A program made the translations under genes and the position numbers. The notes beneath the pieces were generated by a model. The model saw nothing but the letters and a program-made list of their open reading frames with translations. It was not told where the DNA came from and searched no databases. From Balanoglossus misakiensis (Eukaryota > Animalia > Hemichordata), in assembly GCA_040954595.2 (NCBI GenBank), contig CM082586.2:4074349-4138348 (forward strand): a stretch of 64,000 nt of DNA. The letters run 5' to 3'. Shown here in pieces: positions 1 to 10,848 of the stretch. Every line of letters begins with the position of its first letter. The first letter of the stretch is position 1.

Positions 1-314
1 GACCAGTATTCACACAGTACTGCATGAAGAAATTGAAACCACTATGAAGCTTAACTGTTTTTACTTAATCTCACAGGATTTCTTACAATCGCATATATAT
101 AAGTTGAGACATCTGGCGTTGGGTTACCCAGAATGCACATTTTTGGCCTTATTGCATGCAGAGACGCAGCGTCACCAACTTTTGACAATTCTAGTATTTC
201 CAAGTAAGGTTAATATTTTGGCCTAATGTTCGCATAGGTGGCACGATGCACACAGCATTTTGGCATTAATCTTCATCTATTGCTGTACTAAAAATCTACT
301 GAGGAAAACCTTAC

Positions 315-2677
315 TTTATTCTTTTGACCTCTGTATATTTCTTTCCGACTTTGACAATCTTCACATTCTCTCCAAACTTGGAGTGGAATGTATATTGCTC
401 TCCGTCAATGATGCCATTTTTACTGGCTAGATCGTCTTGATTGTCTCCATCATTGTCCCCGTCAGCTTTGATCTCATCACTGCTTTTGGAACATTTCGAT
501 TGTATTATATCATGGACGTCAGAAGGTAGATCTGCCTTTGTTACATCTTTAGTAACAGAATCTTGTTTTCGATCATTCGCTGTAAATTAAAAATCGCTTT
601 AACGTTATTCATTATTATTGTCCAGTAAAACAGAACAATGACATGGCTTACTGCAGATATCGTTGTATAATGGGCGATTTATGGAAATTCATGGAATTAT
701 TGTTCATTTTTAGAATACTATAACACCCTACATACGCGATCGAGTGTGGCGATCGATCGCGTCACATTATTCATACATACGTACCATCTGTCTTGCAACC
801 AGCTGATGGAACATCATTCTCTTGAGATTTTACACCATGGTTAGGTGATATCTCGCCCCCATCAGCCTCATCAATGCTGTTGGCACATTTCGACTGTCTT
901 TCTGCAGTGTTTTTATAAAAACGTTCAACGTCTAGGTCACAGGGTAAAATGTCTCCATCTCTCTCCGATACGTCTTTAGTAGCAATCTTTTGTTTTCCAT
1001 CAACCACTGCAAATAAAAACCGAGTATCAGAAAACGACATGCTTACCAAAGATTGAGTTCGATTACGGGCAATTTTGCTAGCATTGGGGCGCGCGCGTAA
1101 CGTCAGCATTTGCACTGCGGTGAAAACACCAACACATTATGACGGTATACCTGCAGTTAATGAGTGCATTGCAGGAACTACTTAAGGTTTTGCTGTAAAC
1201 ATCTACGTAAACAAATCAGACATTGCCACCTTTCTCACCAATTATCATAAAGAGAACACTTACTGTATATTGAGACATGGGTACCTTCTCCAGACATATA
1301 CACCAAACCATGCAGGTTTTCCCAGCCATCATCAGCTTTGGAGGTCAATTCAATGTCGTCGCCATTTCCCAATGGTACCATTTCCAGCACATTTTCTTTG
1401 GAGATTTTCCCCACATCTTCATCATTGAAATAGAAGATCAACGAATCATTTGTTTTCATGACACCAACTCTGTCTCCAACCTATAGAAACAAAGTGCGTG
1501 CAAGTTGAGTAAGTTCCTATTGACATATACATAACCAATGAGCCGTTATCGACATTCTAACTAAAAGTAATTTGAACCACCCTCCCGCACTAACTTTTAC
1601 TTCTCGACGCCATGAAACACAGGTGTTATAGCTGTAAGCTTATCCTTCGTTGACAAAGTGCATATCGTCCTGTATTGTTTACTGATAGAATTACAGAACT
1701 TACCGAACACTCGTTTATGTCCTTTGTAAGATCGACCTTACGTTCACCACCCACATAAACGCTGTTACCAGACCAAGCAATGCTCAGACCACCCGAGTCT
1801 TTATTCTGAGGCATGTCTGGAGAGACTGAACATTGGTGAGACGGATTCGATGTGGCGCCGATAACAATTTTCCCGGGAACATCACTCGCCCTATCTTCCA
1901 CTTTGATTTCGAACAAAGTACCAACTTTCAAAAGTTCATGTGCGATAGTACTTCCTCCATCAGTATTCTGTTCTTCCCTATACAAGAAAATGTTTTACAA
2001 TCAATGCATGAAATATCGTCTATTAGATCAAAATAAAACCACGTGGGAACTAAATAAATGTGCCCCTCTAATCTGATTTTTTAAATTTAAAATATGCATT
2101 CTCCCTAACGGTCATATTCGGAAATCTAACCTTATGATTGCGACCTTTGAGTATCTTCTCCCCACTTTGACAACTGTAAAACTCCCGGATTGGAATATAT
2201 GCTGTCCTGAGTCAACGGGGCCATCTGTACTAGATAGGTCGTCTTGTCTGTCTCTATCAGTCTTGCGATCAGCTGATGAAATAACACCACTCTCTTGAGA
2301 TTGTACACCATATTTAAATGATACTTTATTCCCACGAGGAATGGTTTCATCAATGTTGTTGGCACATTTCAACTGTCTTTCCAAATTGCTGAGATCACAG
2401 TGTTCCACGTGAAGGCGAGAAGGTAAAATGTCCCCATCTTCCTTTGAAACGTCCTCTGTAGCAATCCTTTGTTTTCGATCAACTACAGCAAATTAACAAA
2501 ATACCTTCAACAGTTATTCGTGTAGGCAAAATTGACATTCACACATACATACATACATACATACATACATACATACATACATACATACATACATACATAC
2601 ATACATACATACATACATACATACATACATACATACATACATACATACATACATACATACATACATACATACATACA

Positions 2678-2711
<34 letters not shown>

Positions 2712-2965
2712 AATTATTTGATAAATTGTATTTAAAGAGTAAACTATTAGCAATCAATTTGAAATCCGAAAGTGGTTTGAGGTGATGGTTTACCTTCTCT
2801 TCCGTTCGTAGGAACAGTTGGGATGGTTCGCTTGAAGTTGCATTGCCTTCGACCATATGCATCTTCCTCATATGATGAAATGTTCCACGCACTGGACGAT
2901 GTCTCGGCATTGGCTTTCTCGCTTAAATTGTACGCAGATTTGCTTCTGGACATGCTCTTCCCCAT
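315..2965 (-). CDS. Neuralized homology repeat (NHR) domain protein, NEURL-like, 3'-partial; exons 2965-2794, 2482-2131, 1977-1704, 1480-1264, 1006-785, 579-315
   Basis: Six exons join in frame through GT-AG sites (phases 1,2,0,1,1). The translation has NHR-like segments LLKVGTLFEIKV...GKIVIGATS...WSGNSVYVGG and VGDRVGVMKTNDSLIFYFNDEDVG...LHGLVY, and a second NHR start YTFHSKFGENVKIV...VKRI. The N-terminus MGKSMS fits MGxxxS. Domain call is by motif recognition, not HMM. Confidence 0.75.
2541..2706. repeat. (TACA)n microsatellite in intron 1 of the NHR gene
   Basis: Long perfect acat tetranucleotide run. Confidence 0.98.
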
Positions 2966-3230
2966 GGCTGTGTGCTGTTGTTGTTGTCAAAAGAGAAACG
3001 GGCAATGAAGTTCAAGTTTGGTGTCTGCCTTTTGCCATGTGTAAGTCTGAAAGGACATCAGTGGCTTCATCATGATTATGCATCGACGTTGCCCGTCCCA
3101 AACATTTTCATACGAAAAATAACAAGCTGACAAGTACAATGTTTAATACTCGCCTACCTATCCTATCAGATAAGATCCAGGGGTTTAGTTGGGACTCGGT
3201 CACATTTTCTACGAAATACGTATTCATTAA

Positions 3231-5275
3231 CGTTTTATAAATGATTCGTGTGTCTCGCATAGCGCACTGGATCACAACCAATCAAACAAGAATGCGTCAT
3301 CGAACATTGCTCGATTTACCATAGTATTTCTGGGAAATAGTCTTATATTTGCATGGTTTAGTATAGTTACTAAAGTGGAATTCCGGGCACTCATTGACAC
3401 GCCATAAAACCTAACTACTAGAATATTCAGTCAAAATACATACAGCCATAAAGTGGAGGAATGTTAAGACAGTATGCGATAAAACAAACCACCTCTTTGT
3501 ATCTCGTACTGATTTTTTTTTCTGCGACAAGTCTGTGCAGGCCGACCAGTTGTATCGCTTTGGCGAATTAGCAGTGGCTATACCATGGCCAAAATATGCA
3601 TGAGAACAAAAATATTCAATTGTGATTAAGTTGTAAGGGTGTTATCGTATGCACCTGTTCCTAATTGAAAATACTAAGTAACAATAAATTCATCACAGGC
3701 ACGGTTGCGTTGGCCCCGTAAGTATTGTATACGACCACACGATTCCGTTCAGACCCAAGAATCTCGTGGCGGGAAAAACCTCAGACCGATTAGATATCTG
3801 ATTATTGGTTGCACACTTCAAGCAGAATTACCACTTGCCGCCATCGTTCATGAACAATCAACATCTATTAATTATGATTACCTTCTTGCATTAGAAATGA
3901 GAATTTTGTAATGCTTTAATCCAATTTTACGAAATTTGACTTAGTTTTTTATACCGTATTTGCATATCGGAAATATCTTCGTTAAGTTTATAGAATCACG
4001 GAATATAAAATCATCGCCTTATTCAGAATATCAATAATCACGTGTATTTGACAGACTTTAATATTCACCAAATACAGCGAAAGCTTGTAATAAAACATAG
4101 GAAAATCAGTCAGACTGGAGCGTGGACCACGAAGTAGACGCGTTGGCGAAGTGAACAGCCCGAGTAATGGTGCCCAAAGTGAAGTCTGGGAGCAAACTAC
4201 TAGAATTTTCAGTCAAAATACATACAGCCATAAAGTGGAGGAACGTTAAGACAGTATGCGATAAAATAAACCACGTTTTATAAATGATTCGTTATCAATG
4301 GCAAATAGCCATGTGTCTCGCATAGCGCACTGGATCACAACCAATCAAACAAGAATGCGTCATCGAACATTGCTCGATTTACCATATTATTTCTGGGAAA
4401 TAGTCTTATATTTGCATGGTTTAGTATAGTTACTAAAGTGGAATTCCGGGCACTCATTGACACGCCATAAAACCTAACTACTAGAATATTCAGTCAAAAT
4501 ACATACAGCCATAAAGTGGAGGAATGTTAAGACAGTATGCGATAAAACAAACCACCTCCTTGTATCTCGTACTGATTTTTTTTTCTGCGACAAGTCTGTG
4601 CAGGCCGACCAGTTGTATCGCTTTGGCGAATTAGCAGTGGCTATACCATGGCCAAAATATGCATGAGAACAAAAATATTCAATTGTGATTAAGTTGTAAG
4701 GGTGTTATCGTATGCACCTGTTCCTAATTGAAAATACTAAGTAACAATAAATTCATCACAGGCACGGTTGCGTTGGCCCCGTAAGTATTGTATACGACCA
4801 CACGATTCCGTTCAGACCCAAGAATCTCGTGGCGGGAAAAACCTCAGACCGATTAGATATCTGATTATTGGTTGCACACTTCAAGCAGAATTACCACTTG
4901 CCGCCATCGTTCATGAACAATCAACATCTATTAATTATGATTACCTTCTTGCATTAGAAATGAGAATTTTGTAATGCTTTAATCCAATTTTACGAAATTT
5001 GACTTAGTTTTTTATACCGTATTTGCATATCGGAAATATCTTCGTTAAGTTTATAGAATCACGGAATATAAAATCATCGCCTTATTCAGAATATCAATAA
5101 TCACGTGTATTTGACAGACTTTAATATTCACCAAATACAGCGAAAGCTTGTAATTAAAACATAGGAAAATTCGACTTACCTTAATTCAGTCAGACTGAAG
5201 CGTGGACCACGAAGTAGACGCGTTGGCGAAGTGAACAGCCCGAGTAATGGTGCCCAAAGTGAAGTCTGGGAGCAA
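3231..5275. repeat. Near-identical tandem duplication with ~1063-bp offset (copy 1 ~3231-4195, junction insert ~4196-4273, copy 2 ~4275-5275)
   Basis: Identical ORFs at 3705 and 4768; the two copies match nearly base for base apart from a few SNPs and two short indels. Confidence 0.95.
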
Positions 5276-5305
5276 TTTAATGTGAATTTTATCAGATTAC
5301 TAAAA

Positions 5306-5549
5306 TCTTAATGAGCGTCATCTCACCATTCTCTTTTAACATTTTCTTAAATTCAACCAATCAGGTTGGTTGGTTGCCTTGTCAAAATGTCTTAATGAGC
5401 GTCATCTCACCATTCTCTTTTAACATTTTCTAAAATTCAACCAATCAGGTTGGTTGCCTTGTCAAAATGTCTTAATGAGCGTCATCTCACCATTCCCTTT
5501 TAACATTTTCTAAAATTCAACCAATCAGGTTGGTTTCCTTGTCAAAATG
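5306..5549. repeat. Three tandem copies of an 80-84 bp unit containing AACCAATCAG (CCAAT box) and TGAGCGTCA
   Basis: Units start at 5306, 5390 and 5470 (tcttaatgagcgtcatctcaccatt...ccttgtcaaaatg). Confidence 0.95.
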
Positions 5550-6799
5550 TCGCCTGCTGCATGCCTTTTTCTCAGAAAGAGGCTCATATTTACATAACTT
5601 AGTTTAAAATTATAAAAAACAGGTAGCCGATACACTTTAAGAAGTAGGTCGGATGTAAGGGTAAAATGAGTAAACAGAATTTGAGACCTACGTGGTTTCC
5701 AAAGTTGAAGTTAATCAGTGATACATTTCGGGGTGTGGCCAAGAATTTCTGAGTACTTTCGTGCACTGACACATTTGTTGGTTATAAAATTGGCGTGGTA
5801 GGTATAGGTGGCGTTCCAAATGCATAAAGTCGATTAACTTGCTAATTAATTATGGTCCTTCGATTCTTTTTGTACACGCAGAAGGAATAAATTTATCCAG
5901 TTGTATATGTCCCTGTCACCAAAATTTCATAAGGGGTGCTGGATAACGGAATTCCATAATTTGTGTGATGTGAACTCGAGCATTACAATAAGGAAACCTT
6001 TCTCGTGTATGTATTTAGTGTTAGCATAGGTCTGTGTGCAGCATTGACTCCGAGCTGCATTACATTCCATGAATTAATTCGAAGAAAATACCCTCTGGCA
6101 AGCGTCCAAAGCCAAAACAGTGACTTCATTCATACTCAATTAATTACATGCCTCACGGGATTTGTGTCATAAATCGGCCATGTGACACAATGTTGACACT
6201 TTTGAAGGAGCATATTTTTATTGCGGGTGCACGTGTGCTGCTATATACCATGCTTGTTTATAAACCAGCACAGTTAATGTTCATATGGCAGGCAAGTTTC
6301 AACATTTTGGCACGGAGTGACCTTGATTAAAATTACTATTCTGCAACAGGGTCGTGGACTTTGACAAAGTTCGCGACTACCTTGAGATATCACATTTACG
6401 TGTACACTCGAGAGGCGAGTAGAAACCGCTGCCCGACCGTGATGACCTCGTTTATGGGTGTGTTTTAGATATAGAGAAATTTCTATGTATCTAAAACACA
6501 CTGGTCTGGAGCCAGGCTAGGGTGACACTATCACACTATCGACACTATCAATTGCCGCCATCTTTGTACTAGTAATATCTCGTTCGCCAGATAGCTGAAA
6601 TGTATTTGCTTTACTGAACTTTGATATGTTTTCGTAACAGGCCTAACCCTAGCTTTTGGAATAAAATAAACGTTTTCAGAGACGCAACAGCTGTGATATT
6701 TATATATATCTGACCAGTTAATATCAATGTCGTGCTTTTGTAAAAAAAAAATAGTTTCCATTTTGTATTAGGTCAAACGCACTCAGACTGCAATCGTTT

Positions 6800-6875
6800 A
6801 ATGAATGAATGAATGAATGAATGAATGAATACATTGATGGGTGGATGGATGGATGGGTGGATGGATGGATGGACG
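6800..6875. repeat. (TGAA)n and (TGGA)n microsatellites
   Basis: Direct reading. Confidence 0.9.
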
Positions 6876-7127
6876 GACAGACGCAAGCACGGAAAAGTGA
6901 AAGGGAGGAGGGAGTGAGTGAGGGAGGGGTGGGATTTTATTTGTTAATCCACAGTAACTACTTCACCCTTTCCCCTCTTTTAAGTGACGCAGCATAGCCT
7001 TCACTGGAAGTCTGAATACTACAGTGAATACATCTGTATGGCCTATTATTAATACAGTTTGTGCAGTTTGAAAATAGATGTTATGACAATTTCCCAAAAG
7101 TTGCAGCTCCTGTCCTTACCGATAGAG

Positions 7128-7152
7128 CGCAATGCATTGTGGGACCGGAAAT
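7128..7152. promoter_or_regulatory. Staf/ZNF143-type site plus ETS core; probable promoter of the kelch gene
   Basis: Minus strand reads TCCCACAATGCATTGCG (Staf-like), immediately followed by CCGGAAAT. It lies in a CpG-rich patch upstream of a strong donor GAG|GTAAGT at 7289/7290, a probable non-coding exon 1. Confidence 0.6.
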
Positions 7153-7589
7153 AGTGTTTCTTCCGTACAGTCGCGTCGTCACACAGCAAGAGCGTCGCGA
7201 CGCGTAGCCAGAGGTACGTACGTACGAACGCTTACTACGGTGACTTCATTGTGTTATGAAATAATAAAGGCTGATTTAACATTTTCGAGGTAAGTTCGAA
7301 AGACTCCCCACCACATGGACATGTCTGTTATTCTTCCCGGTCAACTAGCACCCGACACCGCCGTCGTTCCTTCGGCTTGGGGATCCCGGTGCGGCCTGCC
7401 CACCCGATCACTGTGCAGTGCAGCGTAGGGGTTCACCGGTTGTCATAGAAACTGGCAGCTTACACTTGCCAGCTTATGGCTGAAAGTGACTGCAGCGTGA
7501 GGTTTCGATATAGAGATTTATGATGGAAGGTTGGGTATTTTCTCCTGAATCGTGTTGTGGTTTGCGTCATACTAAACCCCTTGCTCAGC

Positions 7590-7714
7590 AGCTGTGGAAA
7601 CACAGCTATTGGGAGGGGCCGGAGGGGTGTCTATGCAGGTCCCCCCGACCAATTACTTTAGGGGAACCTGGATAGACTACCTCCCCTCCCACAAATAGCT
7701 GTGTTTCCACAGCT
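7590..7714. mobile_element. ~125-bp foldback/MITE-like element in the first intron of the kelch gene
   Basis: Perfect 21-bp terminal inverted repeat AGCTGTGGAAACACAGCTATT...AATAGCTGTGTTTCCACAGCT plus imperfect inner arms. Confidence 0.75.
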
Positions 7715-7987
7715 ACAGAGGCCCATAAGTCAACAAGTCGAAGCCGCAGTGATTTGTTCCCCTTTCTATCAGATTTTATAGTTAGCTGTCAGTCTCAGAT
7801 TGGGAAAAGATAGGAGTATATAAAGAAGTTTTCGGTTGAAATTGTACAAATAAACAAAAGAATTTGTAATATTGACACTCGCATTTGGTGGAAATGAAAT
7901 GTATCTGTATCAAGTCTATCTCTATTCTAATTCATCTGATTTTCTGTGTTACAGTCTTGTAGTGTGTACTGAAGTGTGCAAATCAAG

Positions 7988-9995
7988 ATGTCTGAATCAG
8001 GACTAGATTTAAAACCATATCAGCTTCATTTCGCTGAAGAACTCATCTGTGGACTTAACTCTCTACAAGAAGAGAAGATGCTGTGTGACGTTGTGTTGAA
8101 AATTGGCGAGAGAGAGTTCCAAGCCCACCGGGTGATACTCTCGGCGCTGAGCGATTACTTCAGAGCCATGTTTTCCGGTTTGCTGCGCGAGAGCAAGGAG
8201 GACGTGATCGAACTGAAGGACATGAGCATTACGCCCAACTCCTTCCAGCTGTTGCTGGACTACTGCTACTCGGCCGAGCTGGAGCTGACCATCGAGAACG
8301 TCTTCGAGATCCTGGGCGCCGCCCACCACCTGCGGATCACCTCGGCCATGGACTGCTGCTGCGAGTTCATCCAGGAGCAGTTCGACGAGCAGAATTTCCA
8401 CTTCCACGACTTCATCCGGATCGCGGAGATGGCGGACACGTACAGCCTGCTGGAGCTGAAGGGCGTCGCCGACGGCTACATCGCGGAGAATTTTGTGGAC
8501 GTGACGCAGTCGGAAGACTTCCTGGAGTACGTGACGGCGTCTAGACTCAGTGAATTTCTCGACAGGGGCGATTTGGCGGTGACGAGCGAGCTGCTGGTTC
8601 TCAAAGCGGTGGTGGCGTGGTTGATGCACAGGAAGGAGACTCGCATGGTGCACGCCAACGTCCTGCTGAACAAAGTGAGGCTTGGCTTTGTCAGCGCCCA
8701 TGACATAGTGGAGCAGTTTAAACCCGAGATCAAAAAAATGAAGGAGTGTGAAAAGTTATTCAATGAACTGATGCAACACCATGCCATTGGGAAACCAATA
8801 TCTGGGGCATTCCCACTCAATAAACCTCAACTGTTTGCACCAAGAGGTTGTACCAAGGTAAGCATGGGATATATCCGCACATATTCTTTAGGACACTCAA
8901 ATATGCCATTTCAGCCATATATGGGCGTATGTAAATTGGTGGTGACCGCATACCTTTAAACCCCCCTGTGGCAGGGCCAGGGATTTGGATTAACGTCAAT
9001 GATTTCACTGCGAAGACACAAAGTATTGGATATAAAATGAAATGAAAAATGAATAATAACTATTTTGTATTTTTCAGTCTTTGCTGGCTATTGGTGGGCG
9101 GACGTCAATGAGTTGTGTACGTTACTACGACGTGAACACACACAACTGGGTTGCGCTGAAGAACTTTGCCCAGCCTCCCTACAGCACCTTCACAAACCAC
9201 GGCATGGTGGTGGTGCACCACAACTTGTACATAGCCGGCGGGGAGTACTACAGCTCCAACAAGTGGCAGACCAGAAACTACGTCTACAAGTACGACGCCT
9301 CCGGCAACAAGTGGCAGAGCCTCGCGCCCATGAAGCACGAGCGCAGCCACTTCGGACTGGTCAGTCTGCAGGGTTACATTTACGCCGTGGGCGGCCTGAA
9401 CAAGGACAACCACAGCCGTCGCAGCGTGGAGCGATACAACATAGCCACCAACAAGTGGCAGATCATCGCGTCGCTGCCGACGCCTAGATACGACATGGTG
9501 GCCGCGGTGCACGACGGCAAGATAGTGATCGTCGGCGGTCAACAGAGCGTCAAGTCCGATCCGGCCGATGTGCTGGACGTGCAGGTGTTCGACCCGCAGT
9601 TGAACGAATGGGTCACCAAGGCGAAACCGCTGTCTGCCCGCAGCCAGGGGAGTAGTCTGGTCGCCGGGGATAAACTCTACATCGCCGGGGGTTACCAGCC
9701 GTCGGCCGAAGACCCCGGCAAGACGGAAATCTCAAACCTAGTGGAGGAATTTAACGATGAACACAACTCCTGGACCACGGTATGTCAGGCGTTGATTCCG
9801 AAGAATGATATCGGCGCGTTCCGCGTCAACAGTCGTGTGTACTTCAGCATCTGTGGCCACAGCTACGATAGCAACATAAGCATACCCGACCATGAAGTCT
9901 ATGATGTTGACCTTGATGACTGGGTCAAACTGAAGCAAAACACAAACGGTGCCGCCATCACCGAGTTTACTTTTAATTGTAAGAAATTAAAATGA
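7988..9995 (+). CDS. Kelch-like protein (BTB-BACK-Kelch, putative Cullin-3 substrate adaptor); exons 7988-8857 and 9078-9995, 595 aa
   Basis: BTB motif LCDVVLKIG..F.AHRVILSALSDYFRAMF, BACK motif SELLVLKAVVAWL, kelch repeats LYIAGG, IYAVGG...VERYN...W, IVIVGG, LYIAGG; one phase-0 GT-AG intron; AATAAA at 10608. Confidence 0.93.
8883..8958 (+). repeat. Fragment of a dispersed repeat; second copy at ~39832-39908
   Basis: ttctttaggacactcaaatatgccatttcagccatatatgggcgtatgtaaattggtggtgaccgcataccttta closely matches the sequence at 39832-39908. Confidence 0.8.
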
Positions 9996-10848
9996 TGCAA
10001 TTACACACATGCAGAAATTTGATTGTGTAGAAGTCCAGTATAAAAATTTCCTCATTTTTTCCCAGTGTTTCATTTTCACACTTTGATGAAAATGAAATAA
10101 TTAAAGGATATTAGACTGAAAATACTGTAAGGTGGTTTATAAATGAATGAACAAAATATACAATTTCATGATCATTTGAAACATTAAGGGTTCTGTATTG
10201 ATGTTGTAATTACACTGGAAAGGTATACAATGCATTCTCTGTGTGATATGTTTTATTTATACATCACGTTATATTCAAACTACAGGGCATATTTTATTTT
10301 AATACATCCAACAATTTTAAATTATAATTTTTTTATTTTATGCCTGATACATGTTACGTGTCTGGAAGTTCTAAAGTATAAACATGCTGAGAAAAACTTT
10401 GCCTGGATGCTACCATGTTGTTTGCCCGTTACCTGGAAATGACAGTGTTGTGGGTCACATTTCCAGATCGCGTGATTGATATTAAAGAATTGTACATTTG
10501 CCTAGAAATGTAGATAAAATGTTACAGATTTTGGATATTATGAAATGTTAGTATCTTGTAAGGCAATATAATTTTGTGTATATTGCCAAGCAACTGACAC
10601 ATTTTCTAATAAAAGTATACCAATAGTAACCTTGCTATCTGTAGTTTTCATTTCACAATTATTTTGTCAGTATGTCAGTATCATCATCTGCTATCAACCC
10701 CCCTGCCCCCCCCCCCAAAAAAAAATCCTCCAGTCATTCCTCCCAAAAATTAAATGGTTCTCCCCTAAGTACACACGTATTCCACATCAGAGAACAATTC
10801 GGATTCCGATTCGGATTCTGAATCCAATGTCACTTTTGTACACAAAAG

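Noticed and set aside
1235-1263. NHR gene ending at YDNW* as in the ORF track
   Set aside because: A strong phase-1 donor (A|GTAAGT at 1263) splices in frame to the exon at 1006, so the gene continues.
2507-2910. MYVC/TYIH repeat ORFs (also 57217-57704, and 16747-17096)
   Set aside because: Translations of intronic microsatellites and low-complexity tracts.
3705-4974. Two identical 68-aa ORFs (3705-3911, 4768-4974) as duplicated small genes
   Set aside because: TTG starts, no recognisable motif; their identity simply reflects the tandem duplication.
5306-5549. CRISPR-like array
   Set aside because: Head-to-tail ~80-bp units without unique spacers, in a eukaryotic context with no cas genes.
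5560-7000. Hidden gene or RNA gene between the NHR and kelch genes
   Set aside because: Only short motif-free ORFs and repeat fragments; no tRNA, rRNA or snRNA signature recognised.
8063-9542. Long antisense and alternate-frame ORFs over the kelch gene
   Set aside because: Shadow ORFs caused by high GC3 codon bias.
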